The position numbers and the translations under genes are program-made. A stretch of DNA of 64,000 nt from Octopus vulgaris. Lineage: Eukaryota. The notes beneath the pieces were generated by a model. That model made no database searches. It was given only the letters and a program-made list of their open reading frames with translations, and had not been told where the DNA came from. The stretch lies in the NCBI GenBank assembly GCA_951406725.2, contig OX597823.1, positions 57,536,001-57,600,000 of the forward strand, given 5' to 3'. This document shows positions 41,483 through 54,299 of this stretch, piece by piece (within the stretch, counting starts at the first letter, position 1; every line of letters begins with the position of its first letter).

Positions 41483-41959
41483 ATATATATATATTCGTGC
41501 ACACACACACACAGTCACACACAAATACATGCATATAAATACATGCAGGCATATATCTGTGAAGTACATACATACACACATACATACATACATACATACA
41601 TACATACATACATACATGCATACATACATACATACATACATACGTACATACTTCGAGGCTGTTTTAGAATAACCCCTTCATACATTTTTAGGAACCTCTG
41701 TAATCACACTAATGATCAAAAGGACGATGAAGTACAACGCTGGGGAACTTGAGGGAACAGGTTGCTGGTACTAGCTGAAAAGGGATGATGGTTAATGTCA
41801 GTAGAATGTGACTTTAATATAGGTCTTTGGTGGGTCTTTCCGGGATCGCTTGAAGATGAGGGCGGGTAACTTTTTAGACATTAGTCATCCCGTTACACTT
41901 CATGGTTAAGTGTCCAAATTATGGTATCCGTAGATGCATGTAGGATATGTTTTTCACCT

Positions 41960-42213
41960 TTCACCTATCACCTGTATCAGTCTTTGGACTGCGGCCATGC
42001 TGGAGTACCGTCTTGACGAATTTTTGGTTGAATGAAGCGATCCGAGAAACTTTAATAAAAATTAAGCCTGTTACTTATGCTATCGTTCTGATTTGCCAAA
42101 CCGCTAGGTTATGGGAACGTAAACACAACAACACCGGATGTGAAGTGGTTAGAGGTACAACAACAAAGTCACAGGCGCGCGCAGACAAACACACATTCAC
42201 GTTTACATACACA

Positions 42214-42255
<42 letters not shown>

Positions 42256-42425
42256 GTATATGACGGGCTTATTTCTGTTTCCCTCCACCAAATCAATTGG
42301 TACGGTTTTTTTCCGCCCGAGGCTATAGTAGAAGACACTTGGCCTAGGTACCACGCAATGGGATTCAGCCCGGGTCCAAATGGTTGTGGGGGCGAGCTTC
42401 ATAGGACCCAACCATGCCTGCGTCT
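41960..42425 (-). mobile_element. SINE family A (diverged)
   Basis: gactgcggccatgctggagtaccg..gacgggcttatttctgtttcc..gaggctatagtagaagacacttg. Confidence 0.75.
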
Positions 42426-42462
42426 ATGTATGTCGAATATGTATATATATATATATATATAA

Positions 42463-42781
42463 TACAGTTCTATATTTAAGAGATGAGGAATTATATACAT
42501 TATTTACATTTGACGGATATTTGTCCTCAACTTGTTTGTTGTTAACACAACGTTTCGGCTGATATACTCTCTAGCCTTCATCAGGTGTCTTGTGAAAATT
42601 TCAAACCGGGGTTCTCATTCCTAATGTATTTTTCGATGTTGTTATTGTTGTTGTTGTTGTTGTTGATGATGTTGTTGATGATGATGTTGTTATTATTATT
42701 ATTATTGTTAATATTATTCAGGTTACTGCCTGGAATCGAACTCGGAATCTTGGGGTTAGTAGCTCGTGCTACGCCATATGC
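42463..42781 (-). mobile_element. tRNA-headed element with internal (AAT/AAC)n and a hammerhead-containing 3' part
   Basis: Minus strand: tggcgtag (partial A box), GTTCGATTCC (B box, 42732-42741), microsatellite, unique segment containing a hammerhead, AT-rich end abutting (TA)n. Confidence 0.7.
42544..42589 (-). ncRNA. Minimal type I hammerhead ribozyme
   Basis: Minus strand gacac-CUGAUGA-a-ggcu(agagaguauauc)agcc-GAAA-CG-UU-guguu: 5-bp stem I, 4-bp stem II, palindromic ACGU in place of stem III, cleavage triplet GUU. Confidence 0.75.
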
Positions 42782-43011
42782 ACTCACACACGCGCATACA
42801 CACGCACACACACATATGCACGCACACACACATATGCATGCACACACTCACACACATACAGTCACACGCGCGCGCGCGTACATATAAATATATGTATATA
42901 CACACTGATATACGTGAGATATTCGGTGAGATATTAATGAATAGATAAATAAAAGGAATGATACTTTTTAAGTGATAAGAAATTAGACAGACAGATAGAT
43001 AGGTAGATAGG

Positions 43012-43078
<67 letters not shown>

Positions 43079-43342
43079 GTAGATAGGCAGATAGATAGAT
43101 CGCCTGATCGAATGACTGAGATATTGATTGATAATGAACAAATAAGATAACAGACATATTGAAGTCAACGTTCGAACGTGCGACCGGGATATTCAGAGAG
43201 AAAAATGGACGATACATTTTTTTTCTTTACTGAAATATATCGTTGCGCTGTGTCTATATATTTGTATACGTGACTTTGTGTTTGTATGTGTGTACATCAA
43301 GCATGTAAATCTATATGTACGCCTGCGAGATAGAGAAATAAA

Positions 43343-43346
<4 letters not shown>

Positions 43347-43420
<74 letters not shown>
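43347..43420. repeat. (GA)n microsatellite
   Basis: Perfect ga run. Confidence 0.97.
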
Positions 43421-43423
<3 letters not shown>

Positions 43424-45275
43424 GCGTGAGTATGTGTGTGTGTGTGTGTGTACATTACAAGCCACCAGTTGTTTCTTCTTCATGTTCTTCAAGTGTGTGT
43501 GAGTGGGTGCGATGCGTGAGTGTTGCTGTGTCTGTGTGTCTGCGCCGAGGCAGCTATCGAACAGACTAATAGCAGACAGTCACACAGTGAAGCTGGCTAT
43601 ATTTAGAGACTGTATCAATAGACACGTGATGTCAGTCTGTTGTCTGGCATTCAAACACAAACCTGAATAGTTCAGAGCGATCAGATCGAATGGTAAATCT
43701 ATTGCAGCTTGATTGGTTTTAGTCGATGCAGCTACTCAGCTTGGTGTTGTGGCAGACGATCGGCGGTGGCCACATCGGTAAAGGTGCTAGACAACCCCAA
43801 ACGTTGTCAGTTCGTATACAATTAACACCACCCCTGCAATACTTATCAAAGTAGAGATAAGTATCACGATACTGATCTATGTATTGTCTTAAATCACAAA
43901 ACTTCGAACACTGTAACTTTTTGGACGCAATTTGGCTGAATAGATAAATAGTTCGGTTCGCAAGATGCCGAGTTCAAGCCCACTGCGCGTTGTCTTGGGC
44001 TGCTTTGTTGTTGTTTTTTTTTTTCTTTTTGTTGATTTATTATTACCATAAATCTAAGCCATATTAGGTTTTGCTAAAGAAACTGTGTTGACAAAAACTG
44101 TGTGGATGAAATATCCATAGGATGTTTTGTATTTGCTTTAGGGCAGTTTTAGCAGCATTATGACCCCCACCCCAGGCAAATCAATGCATTGGACGCAAGA
44201 GTATTATATAGTGACAGTAAGCCACAGTGTACATAGATCAGAATTGGGAACTTAGGTCTAGGAGGCTCCCGTGTAGCAAACCAGTATGTCTGTGCCATGA
44301 GCTGGCCTCAGGTAGCTGTCCCGTGTGCCTGTGACTTAAGACTAAACTGTCCTCGACACATGTCACAATGTGGTATGTTGATTCCGCTTGACAGTTATAT
44401 TAAGGGTACATATGGCTGCGAAAAGCTTATACCATTATTCCCTAATTGAATAACCAATCAAACAGCTTATAAATTACGAAAAGAAAAAAAAATCAATCGA
44501 AGCCGTTGAACTGACAACAATGTAAGAAAATCAGAGCAGATACATTTTATGGCAATTGTTACTGCTCTTGACGTTCTGAGTTCAAATCCAGCTATGGCCT
44601 GCTTGGGAGTAGACATAATTTATCGCCGAATTTACTGCAACGATCTAGTTCTTGTAATAAGTCATTCGAGAAATCCGTCCCAAATCTTTGTACGTGATTC
44701 GAGACGGAGCTCTCGTATACTTTATTTTCTCATTCCTACAAATCTCGGAGGCCATGATAAGAAGGTATAGACATAGTCTTCCCTTAAAAAAAACCCCAAA
44801 AAACCCAGCAACTAAATGTGCATAATTCAAACCGACGGAAATTCATCACGTATTACTATGTTTATAGCCAACGATACATTTACAACAGTGGAGCATTATT
44901 AGCAAGTAGTTAGTGCTTATGCTCCGGGTCATCCAGCAGGCCTCTGTCCAAGGGTGTTACATCAACGACTATCCGGAGTTATTTTTTCCTGTATGTAAGT
45001 TTTTTCTTTTGAGAAAATGCTCGAGAATGGACATGTGTTCAACTGACATTTTAAAAGACCAGGTTCCACGTAAATCACGCATCGTTTGAGAGGATTCCGT
45101 TTTCAATGGTGAGACCAAATCCCAGAAAGCACAATTATGAAGGGTATTGCGTTGCGTAAAGCTGAACTTGGCTCTGTCTGTCCATCTGTGAGTCTGTCCA
45201 TCTGTGAGTCGGTCAATCAATCATTCTGTCTGTCTGTCTGGTATGCATTGTATGCAAGAGTATTTGAGGACACTT

Positions 45276-45285
45276 GATAATAATG

Positions 45286-45330
<45 letters not shown>

Positions 45331-45372
45331 GTAATAATAATGATAATAATAATAATAATAGTAATAATAATG

Positions 45373-45444
<72 letters not shown>

Positions 45445-45537
45445 GTAATAATAATAATGATGATGATGATGATGATGATAATAGTAATAATAATAATAAT
45501 AATAATAATGATGATGATAATAATAATAATAATAATG

Positions 45538-45574
<37 letters not shown>

Positions 45575-45578
45575 CAAC

Positions 45579-45625
<47 letters not shown>

Positions 45626-45672
45626 TAATTTATAATAATAATAATAATAATAACAATAATAATAATAATAAT
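45276..45672. repeat. (AAT)n microsatellite with GAT/AAC variants
   Basis: About 400 bp imperfect aat run. Confidence 0.97.
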
Positions 45673-45886
45673 CCTTTCTACTATAGGTACAAGGCCACAG
45701 ATTTGTGGGGAAAGGACTAGTCAATTACATCGATCCCAGTGTTTCACTGATACTTAATCTATCGACCTCGAAAAGGTGAAAGGCAAAGGTGACCTCGGCG
45801 TGATTTGAACTGAGAACCTGAAGACGGACGATACACCGCTAAGCATTTCGCTCGACGTGCTAACGACTCAGCCAGCTTGCAGACTT
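45673..45886 (-). mobile_element. SINE family B, tail-2 monomer, in (AAT)n
   Basis: cctttctactataggtacaaggcc..tcgatcccagtg..aaggcaaaggtgacctcggcg..gctaagcatttcg..gccagct. Confidence 0.8.
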
Positions 45887-45907
45887 TAAGTAATAATAAT
45901 AATAATG

Positions 45908-45980
<73 letters not shown>

Positions 45981-45983
45981 AAT

Positions 45984-46534
45984 AAATGCCCTGATAGAGT
46001 ACCAGGCAGTGGCTCTCATGGCTTCTGATCTAAACTGACTGGAAGTGTACATTGTTTTGTCTTAGTATAAAAGACGGGCTACAGCAAATATTCTGCTTAA
46101 TCTCATAAAAGCTTGTCAGTTGTTTGACGTTAACCAGTTGGGCATGTCCCTTAGTGGCTGACGATATGGGCATGTCTGATCGCGAGCAGAAGTAGTACGG
46201 GGTACTTCATAACCATGTGTTGAGTGAGATTCTTTAAGATTTGAATAATTCACCTTTGGAAACATGGGTGTTTCATTCAACATAGTTAAACGACCCTTAT
46301 TCAGGGACCTTTTTGAGCGGGACGGGTTACTCAATCTGAATAAAATTCTAACTGGGCCCCACCTGCAAGGTCATTTGCTGTTTATCTTGATATGAGATCA
46401 CCATGTTGCCCACGTTATGGTTGTGATGCATGTGCCTGGTGTACCCTTATCAGACGGGTAGTCATGATGGATATACTGGGCTTCGTATATTTTACTCCAG
46501 TGTCACTTTGATGGCATGCACTGCCCTCTCACTC
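45984..46534 (+). mobile_element. Non-autonomous family D, full length
   Basis: aaatgccctgat..gtataaaagacgggctacagcaaatattctgc..ggcatgcactgccctctcactc, flanked by (GAT/AAT)n and (AAC/AAT)n. Confidence 0.85.
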
Positions 46535-46549
46535 AATAACAACAACAAC

Positions 46550-46629
<80 letters not shown>

Positions 46630-47547
46630 TATAATAATAATCTTCTTAGGATTTCGCAAAAATTTCAAGATATGTTCTTGAGAATTAAAGAGACTTGTCA
46701 CCAAACCTCAAGATAAAATACCTACTAACTAAACTAGCATTTACTAGCGTAATAATAGTCAAATGCAAGAGAAGCGATGAGCATCAAATGCAAAACAACC
46801 GGGAATTTATTATAAAGAGGAATAACTTAGTAAAACAGTAGAAACTTTCACAATGCCATGTTGTGAGCTCACGGGACGATCAGCGTTATCTAGAATATGT
46901 TAAATGGAATAATCTCTGGCATTGTCGAGATGCAAATGTTGCTGAATAATTTGCCATTGGGAAGAATTAGGATAATAATTTTCTTTTGATTTTTGAAGCA
47001 TCATCAGACAAGTAAATCATATTTAGTCCTTTGTAAATTGTATTTGTTCTGATAAGGTAATTCATCATTACCCATTACAGGTGTAATAGATGTGTTAGGT
47101 GAGAGTGTGTATAAACAGCAACGAAAAAAAATGCCTAAAACTCGAAGGAATCAAGTTCCTGATCGATTTGTTAACTTTCAGATTAACACATTAACAAATA
47201 CTTAGTGAAGTTAGTGTAGCTACGAGACATGTGATAAGTCTAGTATTATGCAGTCAGTCTTCTGGAATTTCTAATGCAGTCGAACGTCTGGCGGCTCTAA
47301 CCACTTACTATCTTCAATTCGGTTTTTGTGTCTATATTCACCTAAGGTCATGAACGTAGGGTGATGACCGCAAGACTACGAAAACGAATACCAATGATCC
47401 CCATGAGGATCTCTGAAGTTATCTTATTCGGCAGGATGAGCATCTTGGAGATCAAGAAATTTGTCCAGGTCATGCGATTATAATACCGCAAGAAAGACTC
47501 GGAAGACGGACTCTAGGTCGCTTGGCGATTAAAAATAGGTTAACGAT

Positions 47548-47794
47548 CTCTCACGAGTCATACCTACTCATAGGGCTGGTTTCTCTGTGTCTCTGGCGTA
47601 CATTTTCCCTTCTTAGATGGGACACCGGTTCGTCGCAGGAGTACTCATTTTTGCCAACTGAGTGGACTGGAGGAGCAACGTGTGGTGAAGCCTTTTGCTC
47701 AAAAACACAACGTGTCACCTGGTCCAGGAATCGAAACCACAGTCTTATGGTTATGAGTCCAACACTCCTAATCATTAAGCCGTACGCCTCCACC
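47548..47794 (-). mobile_element. SINE family C variant
   Basis: gggacaccggttcgtcgcagg..ctgagtggactgg..ttttgctcaaaaacacaacg..ggaatcgaaacc..taagccgtacgcctccac. Confidence 0.7.
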
Positions 47795-47908
47795 TCCTAG
47801 TGATTGGCAAGAGCCAATCTTCCGGAGACTTAGAGATAAACGAAGGACGAGATGGGTGCACGAAATCCATAGTCTCAATTGTTCATGTTGAGCCTGCAAG
47901 TCTAATGA

Positions 47909-48158
47909 CTTAAACAACCCTTATTCAGGGACCTTTTGAGCGGGATGGGATACTCGACCTGAAGAAAATTCTAACTGGCCCCACCTGCAAGGCCATACTC
48001 TGTTTAGCTTGTTATGAGGTCACCATGTCGCCCACGTATGTATGGTTGTGATGCGTGTGCCTGATGTACCCTTATCAGACAGGTAGCCATGATGGGTGTA
48101 CTGGGCTTCGTATATTTTACCCGAGTGTTACTTTTAATGGCATGCACTGCTCTCACTC
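47909..48158 (+). mobile_element. Family D, 5'-truncated
   Basis: cttaaacaacccttattcagggacc..tggcatgcactgctctcactc followed by an A/AAT tail. Confidence 0.85.
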
Positions 48159-48192
48159 GATAAAATAATAACAATAATAAAAAAAAAAAAAA

Positions 48193-48338
<146 letters not shown>

Positions 48339-48349
48339 TGATGATGATG

Positions 48350-49342
48350 ACGACGAGAAAATTGATGACGCTACATGGGGCGCTACACTCTAAAACAAAC
48401 ACAAACAGACTGTATATGAAAAGAAAGAATGGTGACAGAGGACTAATTAGTATAGACCATTGTATAAGGAGTGATAGGAGAACGCTCGCCGAGTATCTGA
48501 TAAATAGGGATGAAGACCTGATGCAATATGCCGCGAAAGATATGTGAGAAAATGCAGATGAAATGATGGGCAAGGAAAAGTTTAACCAGAGAGCTGAGGA
48601 GAAGAGAAAAGATCTTGAAGTGAGATTGCATGGACAGTTTGAAAGGAATATACAAGATAAGGATAGTACAGCATCGTGGGCATGGATTGAGCGAGGTGAT
48701 TTGAATCGCTACCAATTCAGTGAAGTATAACATCGATAAAACTTATTACACCTAGAAATGCAGATTCTGAGGGAACAGTGTGGAAAATGTGACTCACTTA
48801 GCAAGTGGATGTGAGAGCCTCGTACAAAAAGAATACAAACGCTACCACGATAAAGTGTGTGTGTGTGTCTTCATTGGCGCTTATGGCGTAAATACCAATA
48901 TGAAGTAACAGAGAACTGGTATGAACATGTTATGTAGGAGGATGGAAAAGTAACGATACTCTGGGATAATGATTTTCAGACGAATCGTTTAATCGAACAA
49001 CGTCGGCCATACCGAATAACATGAATGTTGTGAGTAAAGATGTTGAAAAAAATCACCAAGTACTCCGTATTGAAACTGGAAATGGCAAGACTGTATGGAA
49101 TACGAGAGAGTAATATAAAAGTGATACCAGTCGTGATCGGAGCGTTGGGTTCCATCCCATTGAAACTTCAAGACTTCTTAAGGCAACTGGAAATCCCTTG
49201 CAAGATTGATATCTTGCAAAAAGCAGCCTTATTGGACACAGTGCACATCTTAAGGAAAGTACTATCTGTCCGGGGTCTTTGTTGTGACTTGAGAGATGAC
49301 TAAAGACTCCGGTGCATTTTTACCTGCACTGTGTCACTGAGG
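48350..49342 (+). mobile_element. R4/Dong-like non-LTR retrotransposon, 5'-truncated and decayed (thumb, CCHC, restriction-like endonuclease, 3' UTR)
   Basis: Across frameshifts and stops: TRKLMTLHGALHSKTNTNRLYMKRKNGDRGL; LHGQF; KCRF*GNSVENVTHLASGCESLVQKEYKRYHDKV; ILWDNDFQTNRLIEQRRP; KITKY..VIPVVIGALG..LQKAALLDTVHILRKVL. Flanked by (AAT)n and (TAC)n(AAT)n. Confidence 0.85.
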
Positions 49343-49437
<95 letters not shown>

Positions 49438-49505
49438 CAACAACAACAACAACAACACAGCAACAACAACAACAACAACAACAACAATAATAATAATAAT
49501 AATAA

Positions 49506-50577
49506 TTAATTCTTTTTATTGGCCACAAGGGCTGACACACATGATTAGTAAACATAAAGGGACAAAACAAGACGAAAGGTTACAAAGGGTTTTGTCCGTT
49601 TTTGAAAAAATCCGAGTAAAAACTGTTTAACAACGAAAGATTATAACAATGAAAAAACTCCCAATAGGGGAGGCGCTTCGAAAGGTTCCTGGTGGAAAAA
49701 ACCCCATAAAATCCAACGGGAGCCCCTTTCTCCTTTTATAAAACTTTTTTCAATCACAGGCGAAACCTGAGAATTGGTCCATTTATACTGGCCATTCTCG
49801 CACAATTCACCCACCTTTCAGAAAAGTTGCTATCGGACAGCACTCTCCTCTCTAACCTCATCTTCCTTTTCAAGTGAAACTTGAAAAAGTTGATGAGGCC
49901 TTGACCAAAAAGGAAAGTGTCTGACTTTAGCTCTTTCAAACGGGTCCACCATACAACTTCTTTCGCCACAGCCACTAGTTACAAGAAAACAGCCTCGCCC
50001 TCCTTGTTAAAGGAGGTCGGCGGGGCAATCTTCACTATGGATACGGCTGATAGCCGGATCCGTCCTACACGTGACAGTAGCAGTTTGACATAACCCATAG
50101 TTCAGCAATACTCGGGCACTGGACGAGTGCGTGCAGAACGGTTTCGTCGTCCTGGCAACATCTCGGGCAGGCCCGGCTGACGGCACTACCGTGCCGGTAG
50201 AGTTTATCCCGTACAGGCAGAGACCCTCGGTAGCACTGCCAAGCGAGCGACCTCTGGAAATTATCCATTGGCCCCGGCCCGAAAGTCCTTCCGAACAGAT
50301 CGCTCAGTTCGTTATCGTCAACGCCTAGAGTTTCCCTGAGAACGTCGTCGCATTTTTCCTCCACTAACCCTCTATAGAACGCTAGAGTGGAGCTGAAACC
50401 GATCGCATTGCCCGCCTGGCGGAGGGCGGAGAGAGCTTGACGGCACTCGAGGTGCCAAGCGCCCTTTATCGGTCTACGTTTGATCCAGGTCTGCAGCTCT
50501 GTCAAAGAGACGAACTGCGGAAAGTCGCGTCTGACAAAAGACGACCACACCTGTTCACCGTCTAGGAAACGCTTGAG
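49506..50577 (-). mobile_element. Tx1/L1-like LINE 3' fragment (ORF2 zinc-finger region and 3' UTR)
   Basis: LAWQCYRGSLPVRDKL..CPRCCQDDETVLHALVQC..LW is the zf-RVT (CCHC) pattern of L1/Tx1 ORF2. It continues through a frameshift and stop to AKEVVWWTR..FSERW..RFRL*, then a ~250 bp UTR ending caataaaaagaa. Confidence 0.85.
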
Positions 50578-50579
50578 AT

Positions 50580-50737
50580 GAAGAAGAAGAAGAAGAAGAA
50601 GAAGAAGAAGAAGAAGAAGAAGAAGAAGAAGAAGAAGAAGAAGAAGAAGAAGAAGAAGAAGAAGAAGAAGAAGAAGAAGAAGAAGAAGAAGAAGAAGAAG
50701 AAGAAGAAGAAGAAGAAGAAGAAGAAGAAGAAGAAGA
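50580..50737. repeat. (GAA)n microsatellite at the 5' truncation point of the Tx1-like LINE
   Basis: Perfect gaa run (the poly-K ORF). Confidence 0.97.
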
Positions 50738-50829
50738 TCACACAGGGATCCTGTCTTAGGCCCTCCGCTCCATACTCTAGCGAATCTGACGGGTTGATAC
50801 TCTTAACTCATCTAATCTAGGCTTTACTA

Positions 50830-51060
50830 CATACACACGCTATGACCAGCATTTTCAGGAGGTAACGTTAAACGCGTCTGCCTCACTTTCTCCTTTGTGC
50901 GTAACTTGAAAAAGCGGAGGATAGCTGGTCGGAGAGAAAAATTGTCTTCAGGCTTGTTGATCATGTCCGCTAAACTGACGCATTTTCTTTTCAGCAGACA
51001 GACAAAAACTGCTGGGTAGTTCGCGCCAAGAAAAATGACGGGATTCCATAAGTCGCACAG
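50830..51060 (-). mobile_element. Second, older Tx1-like ORF2 C-terminal remnant
   Basis: PAVFVCLL..AILRFFKLRTKEKVRQTRLTL aligns by eye with EAVFL*LV..GLINFFKFHLKRKMRLERRVL of the neighbouring element. Confidence 0.45.
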
Positions 51061-51445
51061 TAAAAGTTCCCAAGAATTATGTAGCAATGGTATTTTTGAT
51101 AACCGACAACCGATCGATATTTTTACCCCATACTGGTTAATTTTCTAGCTTTATAACATACCAACTTTTTGTCATTTACTGGCCTTATTTTCAATTCGTT
51201 TGTCATGATATCCATACAACCTGGCGAGACTTTGTATTCCTTTTCAATGGATGTCCGAGCAGACATTATATTTAATGGTGTTTTCCTAACTAGGTTGGTG
51301 GTGATGGAATTCCATACGTGCGCTAATTAATTGTATATAGCCCGCGTAAAGCCATTGTTGCGATGCATATTCAGCAGAAGGTAATACTTGTTCATACATA
51401 CATCGACCCACTTACACAGCTCTCACACACATAAATATATGCATA

Positions 51446-51491
<46 letters not shown>

Positions 51492-51709
51492 TATATATAT
51501 ATGTGTGTGTGTGTCTGTGTGTCTGTGTGTGTGCATATATGTATGTATATATATATATATATATATATATACCTGCATGTATTATACGCATATATGTATA
51601 TGAATGAGTACATATGCTGCTATTAAACTTCATAACTAACACCCTTCCTCTATATCTGTTTGGCTGTCATATATCTTTTTTCTAACCTTCTTTCTTTACC
51701 CCCTCTCTT

Positions 51710-51740
<31 letters not shown>

Positions 51741-53548
51741 ATTTCTCTCTCTCTCTCTCTTTTCTTTCCCTTTCTGATCCTCTTCAGAGAAAAAAAAAAC
51801 TGCTCGTTATATATTTTTTGCATTATGAAATTCTCACAGCTATAACCTGGTGGGAAAAACCACGAAAGAAATAGTGAGGCTGCAAATTCTATGAGATTTT
51901 AATTGTCAGTGCGCGCAGTGTAGAAGATATAATGGAATAACGAAGTAATTGTGGCCAGAAGGCCAGATATTGTCATTAGAGACTGTAAAACATATCGAGT
52001 GATCCTTGAAAATTTCGACCAAATGATGAATATACGATAAAAAGGAAACAAATGAGATCATGGCGCGTATAAACACACGCATACACACATAGAACGTGTG
52101 TGTGCCTTTATACTTAGATACATTCATCTATACTTTTAAGTATATGTATGATACATTAATGTTATATATAATGAGTTTATAAATATTCACAGACATACAT
52201 TTTTGCATGTATGTCTATACATACACACACATATTGTGTTTTTATGTGTGTGGGTGTAAGAGATAATATAGTACCGTTATGCCTAAGCGATATATATATA
52301 TATATAATGTATATATATAAGTATATGTATATGTGTGTGTGTGTGCGTGTGCGTTTGAGCTAGTGTGAACATGCGTGTGAACCGAGAGATTTCTCACTTG
52401 CGACATCATATTTATATTCTACCTGAAAAAAAATTGCAAAGAGAACTAAAAGTCTGTTTTGTTACCTACGGCGTCTAACTACAGTTAAATGAAGATATAG
52501 TAGATAATTGCTAAGTTTTATTGTGTGCAGTATGGTACAAGGAAACCCAAAGGCCCAGTCTTAAGTGATATGGTAAATCCAAGAGCAATGACAAAAGCAA
52601 ATATAAAAATTAGTCAGTATTTATTTAGCCATAAGGCCAACACAGGCACAATCAATACAATGGCATAGAAATATATTTGGAACTTACGTTTATGAAATAT
52701 AAAACGTCAGATTCTAAGATTTACAGATTTGTTGCAGAAATATACAACAATATAAAACGGACATATAAATACACAAAGCTTCTTGAGGAATACCATTTGC
52801 AAACATATATAAGTATATATATACAAAATTATGTCGATGTACGCTTACATGTATGTATTCATGTAAATATATAGAGACGTTTATGAGTGTGTATAATAAA
52901 ATAAATATATGACTGGAAAATGTGTAATTGGTTTCAAATTTTGGCATAAGGGCAGCAATTTTAGGATCCGAAAGAATCAGATATTTAAATAGTAAAAGTA
53001 CAAAGGTAGAATCGGGGATAGGGTACCTGTTTTAAAAAAACTGTGTACACGCATATACGTACTTACTAAAGTAAATATAGATTTGTCCTTCCAGGCATGC
53101 ATTCATTCACAGATATTAACTGAATGCACAGTGAGTCATTAAGTCATACAGGGGTTTTTCACAGTCGACTACAGAATCCAGATTCAAGCGAATGGAAGGT
53201 TCCGAGTTAGCTGAAGAATAAACAATAACATGGATGGGTTATTTTTGTTTGTGTTGATACATATCCATATGTAAACAGATCTGCGTTGTTTATCTATACA
53301 GTATACGAAAATGTGCTTCCTTGCGGCTCTAAAGGTTTTTGTAAATCTTATTTCTAGCAATGTAAATGCTACCCTGTACCCTTAGTCAGAATTAGTGACA
53401 ATTGAATGTTTCAGTTTTGGTTTTATAATGCGTATAATCGCCTTCGTTATTGTGCGTATATATGCATGTGTGTGTATAAATATGATTAAAGAAGAATGGG
53501 TGAGTTGGTAAGGATATGAAATTAATCTATTAACATGGTGTCAAATAA

Positions 53549-53667
53549 AGCCTACGAACGTTTCAATTCAGTCCAATATATAACCGTAAATTCAATGATT
53601 GGAATAAATCCGAAGATTAAAATAAAATATCATTTTGAATGATATTGGGCAGAATCTCATCAAGGCT
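53549..53667 (-). ncRNA. Type I hammerhead ribozyme with long stem II (C3 to U variant)
   Basis: agcc-UUGAUGA-gauucugcccaauau..auauuggacugaauu-GAAA-CG(uu)CG-UA-ggcu; stem I 4 bp, stem II about 13 of 15 paired, triplet GUA. Confidence 0.6.
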
Positions 53668-53726
53668 AATGTATGATAGAAAGAGTTACATGTTGATGGA
53701 TTGGATCTTATCAATAGACTCTATTG

Positions 53727-53797
<71 letters not shown>

Positions 53798-54241
53798 TAT
53801 ACACACATACATACACACACGCAAACACTCACTCTCTTTCTCTCTATCACTCCCTCTTTCTCTCTCTCATACACACACACACTCACACATACACACAATC
53901 ACACACAAGTACACTCATGTTCCAGAAATACCGGAAAAATATTTTGATGCAAATTTCGCTATGGGTGTTCAGTGAATTGTACATGATGTAAATAAAAAAC
54001 AACCTGTATATTTTAGTTACTTTACATATCTTAATTTCCACATTGCTATTTGCAATATAGACATAGAAAGTCTATTTGAACTGTGTTCAACCTATGTGAA
54101 TATTCTCAGTGCTAAATTTTCATCTTAATTCGTCTGAAGAAAACGGTGTTTTTACATGATGTAATATTTTTGTTCATCAATTAATAACTCGCCTGAAAAA
54201 GCTGTAGCGAACCTCATCCCATCTGTATTATTTTTTATACA

Positions 54242-54299
<58 letters not shown>

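Noticed and set aside
45984-46050. HDV-like ribozyme at the 5' end of family D
   Set aside because: P2/P3-like pairings exist but there is no room or pairing for P1, P1.1 and P4.
50578-50820. Poly-Lys ORF (also poly-Glu 31999-32277 and poly-Asn 45204-45635)
   Set aside because: Pure (GAA)n or (AAT)n microsatellites.
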